Shown here: positions 52,320 through 62,107 of the stretch, in pieces
How the letters are laid out: each line of letters starts with the position of its first letter
How positions within the stretch are numbered: position 1 is the first letter of the stretch
NCBI GenBank assembly: GCA_964019425.1
Contig: OZ025782.1
Span: 1,116,001-1,180,000, forward strand
Direction: 5' to 3'
Length of the DNA stretch: 64,000 nt
Source: Flectonema sp. DT1601
Taxonomy: Eukaryota
Program-made: the position numbers and the translations under genes
Notes under the pieces: model-generated
The model's input: only the letters and a program-made list of their open reading frames with translations
What the model was told of the DNA's origin: nothing
Database searches by the model: none

Positions 52320-54692
52320 TTACAAAGCAACAACAGTAAATGGAGATGTTTTTCCATCTACTGGGAACACAAGTGAGCCTGAGGTGATGTACCACTCTGA
52401 ATCACAAGATAGAGTGAATGATGTTTCGTAGACAGATCTTCCGATATTCATCATCTTTACCTGTTGGTAGGACTTGTCACCAAAACATTTGTGAAACAGT
52501 GAAACCGAATCTACACTTTTCGATAACCGAACAGCTGAGACAGTGTATTTATCTCCCTTCTTAAATGAAGAGAGCTGCACTGGTACCATAATACGTTCTC
52601 TTCCACCAAACTCCTTTGATGGCTGTGCTGCCGCAGGCAACGCCTCCTGCAAGTAACTCGCTAGCTGACTACCAGTCTGATTTAACATCGCGTATAACGA
52701 TCTTGTCTGCCAGTTCATGTACGTTCCCATCTCTCCTGGAGTAGAGATCGTGTTTATCATTAAGTTAGCCATTCCGGTACTTTTATTTACTAAGTAAATC
52801 CGAGCAGGTAGTCCCTTGCTCTGAGCCAGTTGCTTTCTTTGTGATTCTGGAGCTGATTTTATTTCAGACAAAATGTTCGTAAGATTCCCCCAGGCGCATT
52901 CAGACTCAAACATAGCGTGCATGTAGCTGAAGGTATCACACCAGTACTGAAGCCTGTCGTTCTTAATTGGGTCTTTTACTTTACTGAGAAGGTTTGAAAG
53001 TGTGATCGCATGAGCGAATGGATTCTGAGTAGACACAGAACAGTTTCTTGGAACCATTTGTCCAGGTCCATTAATCCATTCAGTGAGTACTGGCATCTTG
53101 ATTGAGTCGACAGAGTCAAAGATCTGCGAGCACTCACTCACTACGTTCTCTCCGAAGCTGCTGCTGCACCAGTCAATCCAGAAGTCTTGTGACACTAAAG
53201 AGCTGTTCCAGGACTTTGCTGCCATCGCTTCAATTTGCGGACTAGTCATTTTAGTCCTCCAATGAATTCCAAGTAGTCCAGTGCAGCCATATTTCTTAGC
53301 ATCTTCCATATGCTGAAGTGTTCTGCTAACCCAAAGTTGAGCACCTCCAAGGTTTGGATCATCTTCCATCCAAGGAATAGCCCACTTCTTATGATGAGTA
53401 ATATTTTGATAAGAAGGATCAACAGGAGCGTGTCCAGTCTGGAGATCAATCGAAGTGATCGCATCCCATTCAGATCCGAGTGTCTTATCAAATATTGAAC
53501 GATCTGGTAGTGGACCAACAACCCATCCATTAGTCGCCATCTTCCACTTTAAGTTCATCGAATCGTGAACTTTCATAGCAACTTCTAAATCCTTTACGGC
53601 GTTTGTAAATATCGGGTTCGATGAATTCATGCGGCCCCATTCCCATGCCTCTGGAGTCCACACCCAATACCAGTCCAGAGAGGGGATCGTTTTTTGCAAG
53701 CGAGTAAACATCCCCTCATAGTACTTCTCAGTGGAGACACCTCCATCAGGTTTAGATAATGGAGTCTCAGTACCAACACAGGTCTCAACGTTTACGCTAT
53801 CAGCAAAAGAGAAAGCTTCTTGAAGCATAGTGGACACTGTGTTGAAGAAGTCTGCTTGTGTAGTTGGTGTTTTTGCGTAAGGGCAACTTGCCTGAGTAGT
53901 TGGTTTGGTTGCGAAGCAATCAGTCGGAAATATTTGATCAGCTCCATAATTGAAATCACTTGTTTTCATCGGCTGATATCCCCACTCTCCTCTTTCAGTG
54001 TTGGCATACGATGTTTGATATGCTCCTGAAGGAAGAACGTTTCCGTTCGAATCTAAGTCATCAGTCGTTCCAACCCAAACAGTAGGCTCATTAGTACCTG
54101 TACCTGGTCTCGTTGCGTTGCTGTATGGGTATGTGTGTAGACCAAGGAAATTCATTTTAAGTTTCGATATTTGGTTAATAACATGCATGTACATTTCTGT
54201 ATTCCACCAATCAGGACCTTCTGGGAAATCATGAAAAGGTTGCAATCCGCGGTGGGCAAACATCGGTTCTGCCTCAACGATGTTGTTAATAAGAGGTAAG
54301 TTGTTATTTTCTTTGAAATTTGGAACTCGGTCGTTGTCCATTCCGAAACGAACACCGAACTGATGGAGCAGTGAGTATACACCGTTGAGACGAGATTCCG
54401 GTGTTTTGCCTGAAATTTGATAAATTGTCACACCACTGTTATCTGTTTGTCTAATAGTGTGACCTGTATGCTCAGCAGACCTAATTTCAAATCGCTCGGT
54501 TGCTTGAACACGAAAGTTAGTCAAAATTGATTCATCAATCACCGTCGTCAACTCTCCAGTCATTTGATAAATATAACGATTCAGTTCTCTAGCAGCCACT
54601 ACATCAACACCACCCTCATGAGATACTACTCTTAACCCACTCACAGGATTAAAACATACAAGAGATAGCAGTAACGCTGCGTACGTCTTCAT
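52320..54692 (-). CDS. Secreted putative glycoside hydrolase (hexosaminidase/glucuronidase-type N-domain + predicted TIM barrel), 790 aa, intronless
   Basis: Signal peptide. AARELNRYIYQMTG and LNGVYSLL..FGVRF resemble the N-domain of GH20/GH67/GH89-type enzymes, followed by P.F.HRG..PFHDFPEGPDWW..KMNFLGLH. Family not assigned. Confidence 0.75.
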   Translation of the reverse strand: MKTYAALLLSLVCFNPVSGLRVVSHEGGVDVVAARELNRYIYQMTGELTTVIDESILTNFRVQATERFEIRSAEHTGHTIRQTDNSGVTIYQISGKTPESRLNGVYSLLHQFGVRFGMDNDRVPNFKENNNLPLINNIVEAEPMFAHRGLQPFHDFPEGPDWWNTEMYMHVINQISKLKMNFLGLHTYPYSNATRPGTGTNEPTVWVGTTDDLDSNGNVLPSGAYQTSYANTERGEWGYQPMKTSDFNYGADQIFPTDCFATKPTTQASCPYAKTPTTQADFFNTVSTMLQEAFSFADSVNVETCVGTETPLSKPDGGVSTEKYYEGMFTRLQKTIPSLDWYWVWTPEAWEWGRMNSSNPIFTNAVKDLEVAMKVHDSMNLKWKMATNGWVVGPLPDRSIFDKTLGSEWDAITSIDLQTGHAPVDPSYQNITHHKKWAIPWMEDDPNLGGAQLWVSRTLQHMEDAKKYGCTGLLGIHWRTKMTSPQIEAMAAKSWNSSLVSQDFWIDWCSSSFGENVVSECSQIFDSVDSIKMPVLTEWINGPGQMVPRNCSVSTQNPFAHAITLSNLLSKVKDPIKNDRLQYWCDTFSYMHAMFESECAWGNLTNILSEIKSAPESQRKQLAQSKGLPARIYLVNKSTGMANLMINTISTPGEMGTYMNWQTRSLYAMLNQTGSQLASYLQEALPAAAQPSKEFGGRERIMVPVQLSSFKKGDKYTVSAVRLSKSVDSVSLFHKCFGDKSYQQVKMMNIGRSVYETSFTLSCDSEWYITSGSLVFPVDGKTSPFTVVAL

Positions 54693-55208
54693 TTTATTTT
54701 TTTATCACCCTAAAGAAATATAAAAATAACGTTTGCAGTGTTTAAGATGTTGCTAAAACTTTGTTTGTTTGTTATTCAGACACCTGTAAGAATAATACAT
54801 TAAGATTAACAACAATAAGTCATCATTGCAAAGCTAACAATCGGAATCACGATACGGTTGGTTATTTTTTATTTTCTATTTGAGGTTCCTGAAAAAAATC
54901 AGAACCTGCTATCGTTGAAAGTCCTTCTGGACATGTTGTTGATGATGCTTATGTTTACATCTTCTATTGTCACTTCTAAATGTGAAATATTGACACGTCG
55001 TTGATGAAGCAAAACCAAGCTGCGCACATTCTGTAGTTAAATTAACAACACCCCAAGTGAATAGACCGACTAGCACATTGTCCATCAGCCTGAATTAGAG
55101 TATGTGTAGTACCAGAAGCTCTGTTATAAATAATGACTTATGTTAATGAATTCGCAATGTTCTCTATCACATATTGCGATGGTCTCAAATGCTGATTGTA
55201 TTGTACAA

Positions 55209-57731
55209 CTAGTTTGTACTCCTCAGACCATGTTCTGCAGATAATGGACGACTTTCTCTCATTCTGCGAGCTATTCTGTGTGCGGATTGAGTTGAGCCGA
55301 ATCTGTTCCGCACACATGCTGGAAGAGTTGTATTCGGTTGAGTAAAACCTTCAGGAGCAATAGAACGTCCTGCAGGAGTGCTGTCTCTTTCTGTTCTGTT
55401 GATAGAACCACCTGAGTAACCGTCATGAACATATTTAATTTTTTGTTCTTGTGGAACAAGTGGTGCGTCCAAATCAATATTCCACCAGGCTTCTGTTTCT
55501 TCTCTCCAGAGCTTAGATGTTGGAGATGCGACTATTCCTCCTAAACTATCATCTTTCCAACTGTGAAGATCATACCATTCATCAATACGTTGAGTTGGAA
55601 TAGTAAACACGCCATCCATCGAAGAATCCTTCCAACCAGACTGAGCTGGAGTAAAAACCCACGAGTCATCTCTAAGATCTTCAACACTTGGTGGCATCGA
55701 AACTTTATTCTTATCGAGGTGAAATTGAAGAAGCGGCTGTATAACATCCTGATAAAAATACCCATCAGGGTAAAACCTCCACGGATGCAACGCAAAAGCG
55801 TCTCTTATTGCCATCGATCCGTATGACGTATTCGGAATAGCAAATGAAACATAAACAGAGTTGCAATTCTTTAAATCTCCGTTTAAATGTTTTTGATGCT
55901 CACGATCCTCATCTGTGACACTCAAATCTTTAATTGATTCGCAGGAAGTGCATTTGTCGCGAACGAATACGTTTCTAGTGTTGCACTCAATGCAAGTCCA
56001 ATCGTACGTATACATCATTCCAGCGAGTCCTTTTGTTTTTATTGGATGGGATGACGAACACCGTTTGTCATTTACTGAAACACAACTTCCTGGAAACACG
56101 TCAAGTTGCTTAGCGTGTGGATCAGTAGCGATGACTCTCTCGTTGACTAATTCATGCTGATAGATTTCATAATGAAGAGCAAATGGTTTAATAAATACGT
56201 TTCTATATTCCGGAGGAACTACGTTATGTTCCTTTGCCAACATGAAAGGATACGTAACACCGTGGGACTCTAGGTCCTTCATTACCGCATTAAAGTCAAT
56301 TCCTGGCAACTCAGGCCAAAATGCAGTGCTTGTCTCTGTTGCTGGAAACCCGGGTACCAATAACACCACATCGTATATGCTGTAATTTTTAATATTGTCT
56401 TCAGTGATTATAACCGCTTTTAATAGATCCTTGTCAAACACCGTGTCGCCGACTACTATCTCTGAACCGTATTGTTCGATTCTCGTAGAGGCCAATTTAT
56501 TCCAAATGAGCGATGATAAGCTACTTTCCCACATTTTTCTCATCGCTGGTGCGATTGAGTAGTAGGCTTTTTTGTAAGATTTGTGAGTCAAAACACCGAA
56601 TAAAAGACAGCGAACGTGAGGCAAATGAGATGGAACCTTGTCGGCCATTGACCTCGATACCATTTCACGAGCGTCGATGTTCTTTCGGATACGTTCTACT
56701 ACTGGATTCATGAAGCCTTCCATTTCTAAAATCGCCATGAAAGCTTCTTTGTATTTACCTTGAAGGGTGAGTGCTGCTACTTCGTGTGGTTTCATTCCCT
56801 GAGTGAGACCAAACTTCTCCGGTCCAAAGTAATTTATAAATCCATTCTCTATTGCTTCTATCTTAGAAACTATCTCTTCAGGGGATCCACGAACATTTCG
56901 AAGCATCATTGCTACTCTCTTACCATATGATGATCCGAGTCTTACTGGTTCGTCAGAGTGTTCGAATGAGCCCAGTTCGATTCTGCCCTTCTGTGATTTT
57001 TTAAATAATTTTAATTTTTCAACAGTCTCGCGGACTGATCCTTCAACAGCGATTGATACTCGTTGTGTGGTAGCAGATTTTGAATCCATTCCTACAGACC
57101 ATGAGAATGAAGTTAGTGGAACTGTTGTTTCTTGTGCAAGTGCGTAGACTGCCTGAGTCGTACGAAGACCTTCTTTGTAAAGAGAAAAGTGAAGGAAGCC
57201 AGTTGTTTTATCGAAACTATCTTCAAAGTTTTGATCATCATCAGACAACAGTACTTCACGACCATCTCTAATCTCATGATTTACGACATCAGCAGTGTGA
57301 ACTCGATAGAGTGCAGGGATTGGTTCATTATTTGATCTGAGAAGTATATTTGACTGTTCTTCCATAAAGTCATAATCCCACGAATAACACTTATGTGGTT
57401 CTAAAGGATTAGGAAAAGACACAGCGTAATCATGATCCATTCCGTTACCTTCTAAGTTCGGTATAATCAATTTGTGTGGAAACCATGAAGCATCTAACTT
57501 AGTGGTTGTTGCTGCTCCACCAAGTGCTTTAGCAACAACGTTGTGTTTGATACCAACTTTACTACCCAGTGTTCTGAAATATTCAGATCGAGGTCTCTTA
57601 TCCATTATATCCTCTGTTACGTGTTGGGCAAAGAGACCCGCCTGCCCTCGGAAAGCTCTCATTTTTTGATATCTCTGATAAACACCTAAATGATTGTCAA
57701 ATAAATATAAAACACAATCAACAACACGCAA
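55209..57731 (-). CDS. Divergent TruD/Pus7-family pseudouridine synthase-like protein with inserted RanBP2-type zinc finger (true 5' end uncertain)
   Basis: TruD-like motifs FLHFSLYKEG..T..A, MDSKSATTQRVS, RLG..G, GFINYFGPEKFG, S.IWNKLASTRI, IYDVVL.VPG, YR and F.IP..SY..MAIR. Zinc finger DWTCIECNTRN....KCTSC. The listed start is TTG. Confidence 0.8.
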   Translation of the reverse strand: MRVVDCVLYLFDNHLGVYQRYQKMRAFRGQAGLFAQHVTEDIMDKRPRSEYFRTLGSKVGIKHNVVAKALGGAATTTKLDASWFPHKLIIPNLEGNGMDHDYAVSFPNPLEPHKCYSWDYDFMEEQSNILLRSNNEPIPALYRVHTADVVNHEIRDGREVLLSDDDQNFEDSFDKTTGFLHFSLYKEGLRTTQAVYALAQETTVPLTSFSWSVGMDSKSATTQRVSIAVEGSVRETVEKLKLFKKSQKGRIELGSFEHSDEPVRLGSSYGKRVAMMLRNVRGSPEEIVSKIEAIENGFINYFGPEKFGLTQGMKPHEVAALTLQGKYKEAFMAILEMEGFMNPVVERIRKNIDAREMVSRSMADKVPSHLPHVRCLLFGVLTHKSYKKAYYSIAPAMRKMWESSLSSLIWNKLASTRIEQYGSEIVVGDTVFDKDLLKAVIITEDNIKNYSIYDVVLLVPGFPATETSTAFWPELPGIDFNAVMKDLESHGVTYPFMLAKEHNVVPPEYRNVFIKPFALHYEIYQHELVNERVIATDPHAKQLDVFPGSCVSVNDKRCSSSHPIKTKGLAGMMYTYDWTCIECNTRNVFVRDKCTSCESIKDLSVTDEDREHQKHLNGDLKNCNSVYVSFAIPNTSYGSMAIRDAFALHPWRFYPDGYFYQDVIQPLLQFHLDKNKVSMPPSVEDLRDDSWVFTPAQSGWKDSSMDGVFTIPTQRIDEWYDLHSWKDDSLGGIVASPTSKLWREETEAWWNIDLDAPLVPQEQKIKYVHDGYSGGSINRTERDSTPAGRSIAPEGFTQPNTTLPACVRNRFGSTQSAHRIARRMRESRPLSAEHGLRSTN

Positions 57732-57950
57732 CTTATGTTTCTGTGTAATGAAATTGGTCGTATGCTCCCGCTCCCATGATTAGTTTGCCTAAGGAACCGA
57801 TATATGTATTATAAATAACGTCTCTTTCAACGAGAAAGAAGTGTTCTTATGCGAGATTGCTGTACGGGAAAGGACAGGAAAAAATTAATAGTTGCTGAGG
57901 CTGCTGAACAATGAGAGCGCAGTACGTGATAACACATTCTTGTTGGCTGC

Positions 57951-59096
57951 CTATAATTGCCATTCAGGAGGTCGTAAATCAGTCATGTTTACGAGTCCTA
58001 CTTGCTTACCATGATTTTCCTTAGCAAGCATTACTCCGATGTTGGATGCTTTCCATCCAGGTTTCTTAAGCTGCTCTTCGATAAAGGCTGTTTTTGCAGT
58101 TCTGTAGACAGCTTCTTGTCCTCTGTTGGTTGTTGTTATGTGTTGTTTTTATCAACTGCTACAGATGAGATATGTTAACGCAAGATAAATAATTAAACAA
58201 GTGTTGCACATACTTTGTCCAATTGTGCATTTGTGGGGCACCTTTCTCAGCAGTCCTACGCTGTAGGTCAACCATTAAGTTTGATCCCAGTTTTTCTCTC
58301 TCTTCCCATGCACGCATTGCTTGGTCATGGTTTAATAACCGTTCCTTATCATTTCTACCCTTCGAGGATTCATAAAGCGGCATTGGTGTTGCATCAGCTC
58401 TTGCCACTACATCATCGAGGTACTCGTTGGTGAGAAAAGGCAACGATTCAGATTTTGGAGCTAACGGTGGTTCATTGGATCTCTTTTTAATGTTGTCTTC
58501 TGCAAATTCTTTTAGTCTGCCTGTGCTGTCTAATAACTCTTGTCCCATTTTCCTAATTTAATTAATTTTATAAACTAGGTTGTTCAATTTTTAAAAAAAT
58601 TGGAAAAATATAAAATACAAACTTGGCTTCAGAAGCCGCTTTTTTAGCTTCAGCCTCTCGTTCTTCAAACGAGCGGCGGTCTTGAAGAGGATCCTCAATA
58701 TTCCCTGAACGTTCATTTGATCGTCTTCCGTCAATATCACGAGACATTGCCTCTGACATATATTTTGAGTAGGTCAGCTTTTCCTTTTCCTCTTCTGGCG
58801 GAGGCATCGAATGGCCTGCTTGCATAAATTGCACAGCCTGAGACACACTTTTCGTTTCATAAAACGATCTCCTTCGAATATTTGTTCCATCTTGATTTCC
58901 CGTAAATGCTCGTTTTTCAAAACTTTTTGTAAAGTCTGGTTTTTTAACTACTGAAGTACCGAACTGTTTGTTTATGTTTTTTTTAACATTATTCCATCCT
59001 GGAACAATCATATATATAGCAGAAGCATACCTTGAGTTGCTCTTCATATGTTGCATACCCAGTTCTGTTTCTAACTTGCCGCATGCATTGTTTCAT
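57951..59096 (-). CDS. Hypothetical 305-aa protein, 4 exons (59096-59031, 58963-58623, 58552-58214, 58122-57951)
   Basis: Three GT-AG introns (67, 70, 91 bp) join the ORF fragments in frame from MKQCMRQVR... to ...RPPEWQL*. The summed exon length, 918 nt, is divisible by 3. Confidence 0.75.
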
Positions 59097-59440
59097 TGGT
59101 CTACCCTTTCTGAATGGAGAATTTTGCTTGATAAAAAGATTGAGAAGGCAGAAGGAGAAATAAAAAACAAAAACATAAAATAACATAAGCAAAACAGATA
59201 CGATTGTCAAAAGGAAAAAAAAAACTGACCCCCCACCCTCAAAGGGGGTATTCTGAGCAGCGATCCTAAACAGTAAGGATGAGTAACCTAACAAATAGAA
59301 TAAACTGATGTAAATGCGCTCCATTACTGGTTTACGCTGAGGTTTGGTTATCAATAGCAACATCAGACTAAACTGATTGCTCGCTCCATCTCTGGAGTCG
59401 AATACTTTACAATGAATGCTAACTGTGATTTTAAGAACGT

Positions 59441-61975
59441 CTAGTCTGTCATTCGATTCAGTAACTCGCATGCCTCGCGAACGTTGCTCACTTCGTTTGT
59501 TAATTCTGCGAGTTGTTCTTTGGTGTCTGTTTGTGAAATAAACAGGTCACTGATTTCTTTTGCATGTTTTTTCATTTCCTCATTTTGTTTTTCAAGCATG
59601 AAGACCGCGTCTCTCACCTGATCGTTGAGGATTTTGCGCAACTCCTGACGTTGAACTTCTTCACTTTGTATTGAAGCTACAATAGAAGATCGTAACTCAT
59701 CAATCTGTTGCTGGTGGTCGCTGTTCATTGGAGAGCGAGCTACACCACCTCCGTCATCTCCGTTCATTTTGATTAAGTCTTCGAGCAGTATCGCTAGTTC
59801 TTTGTCTTCTGCCTTTCGATTCTTTACTTCTTTTTCTATTAAACTGGTCGTATTGTTCCTTTCTTCAGTGTGGTTTTCGTCTAATATTTTAAGTTTATCT
59901 TCTATTTCACTTATTCTTATGTTCATATCATCTTCATTAGATCTTACTAACAAGTCCAGGTATTTGTTTACTTTCTTTTCTTTATTGCTGCTGTCGTAGG
60001 CAGCGGATGCTTTTTCGTCAGTTTCTGTGATATTTTATAAATAAATTAATGACAGGGGATGCCCTGTAGTATAGAATTGAATTCATACCCTTTCCGTATT
60101 TCTTCAGACCTTCCAATCTGACTTCTAATCGAGAAACAGTATCAAGTAAGTTATCGACATCTTTACGGAGGTCTTCAGTTTCTTGAGAGTCGACTTCCTT
60201 TTCCTGAAAGGTTACAACCCTTCTTTCCGGTTCAGTATTTTCCATGTAGGCTACCTTAAGTTCTCTGATTGTTGTTTTTAAGTCTTTTTGTGCTGCTTTG
60301 TCTTCTCTTCCTTTTTTGATTATCTCATCCTGTAGTTGATTTTTTGAGTGTAATTTTCGGACATTAAATTAATTTCTAAAAAGAAACGATCATCATACAT
60401 GTAATTTTCGTGTAACCGCTTCCCACTGTTCTCGTTCTGATTCGAATGCTTTTTGCATTTGGGTTACGATTGCTTTTCGTTCTTGTGCAGCTGCTTCTAG
60501 TGCTTCTCCAAGTTCTTCGTGAATGTCTTCAACGGAATTATTGCTTCCCGTTGATGTTGTTTTGACGTCTTTTCGAAGTATTTTTATTTCAGCTTTCAGA
60601 TCTGAGTTGTCGTCTTGTAAATCAGATACAACATTATTTAGTTTATTAATCTTACTGTTGAGTGACTCTACTTCAGTTCGAAACATTTTGGTAAGTTCAG
60701 ATCGAAGTGATTCATCGATGGCGGTTCCTAGGGCTTGTTCTCCTTTGAGGTCGGTGTTTTCTTTTTTCACTTTGTGCATTGCTTTTTGAGAGTCTTCTAT
60801 CACATGTTGGAGTTCTTTAACGACTGAGTTTGTATTCATTAAACCTTCTTGTAGTTCGTGTACTCTTGTGGCGATCTGTTCAAGAGAGTTACGGTAGTCA
60901 CCAGATAAACTATTTCTGATTTCTGATATCGCTCTGCTGGTACTTTCATCAAGTTCTCTCAAACCTGTTACCAAAACTTGAGAATCGTTTGCAGTTCGTT
61001 GATCAACTGAACTGATTTGTTTCATTTGCATGTCTAATGATTGCATACGAGTTCGTATTTCAGCTCTTAGTATCGATTCAACTGATCTCAAAGCCTTTTC
61101 TGCTTCTTTTTGAGAACCAGAAGCTATTTGAAAACCCTCTGCTATCTCATCTCTCAACTTCTTAAATGCATTTACAATATCAGACGTTAGTTGATGTCGT
61201 TTTCCAATTTCAGCTTCAAGACGATGAATGTTCTGTGTTGAGGGTGTTGAGGGTTTTTATGAGAAATCTACCTATTGATGTGTTTACGTTAATGTTGTTA
61301 AAACATACTTGATCACTGAGTCCGTGTATTGATGACTCGAACGCCTGTTTTATTGACGCTGCTAGTGCTTCACGTTCCTGTGCTTCCATTGTCACAAGAC
61401 TCATAACACCTTCAATTCGTTGTTGGTGTTGTTGCATCTGATCTCGTTGAACTGCAAATTGTTCTTTAATTCCGTCAATAGCCCACTTAGCGTCGTGTTC
61501 TACTTGTCTTGTCTGTCTGGCTTCTTCATTTACAGCAGCATCAACCTTTCTTATATCAGACGCAACGTCAGTGATGTGTTGTTTTAATTCTGTTATTTCA
61601 CTTTTAGCCTGTTGTTGTTTGTGTTTTTTTTTTTTTTTTTTTTTTTAAAAAGTTATTAAACATAACTAGAGTAATACATACGTCTATTACTCGTTGTTCT
61701 GTTGCAGTTCCAGTTTGTTGAGTTCTTGTATGTAATTCATCTTCTAATTTCTGAAGACTTGTTCTCCAAGACCTCTCAATCAGTTCCAGTCGTTGTTTCG
61801 TTGAATTAACTTCTTGGTTTAGAGCAGCAGTAGCTTCACCACTTGCTTGGTTTCTAATACTTTGACTTAGTGATACTTCAACTTCTTGTAATCTTCCTAA
61901 GATATTTGAGAAAGTCATCTCATTGGTGTGCATCATGTCTTCGACGGATGAGAATCTCTTATCAACCGACTCCAT
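59441..61975 (-). CDS. Long coiled-coil protein, ~750 aa, 5 exons (61975-61682, 61608-61309, 61232-60399, 60329-60089, 60024-59441)
   Basis: Four GTATG...CAG introns (73, 76, 69, 64 bp) keep the frame. The sequence is E/K/L/Q-rich with heptad character. Confidence 0.8.
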
Positions 61976-62107
61976 TTGTAATACTTTTACCCTCCCCTCC
62001 CCTTCCCTACCTGTTGTATGAAATTATGAATAGAACAAATTCAGCCTTCAAAAACGATACCAGCTAGTGATTGACATTGGATGCATACAAAAAAGAGCAG
62101 CGCATTA

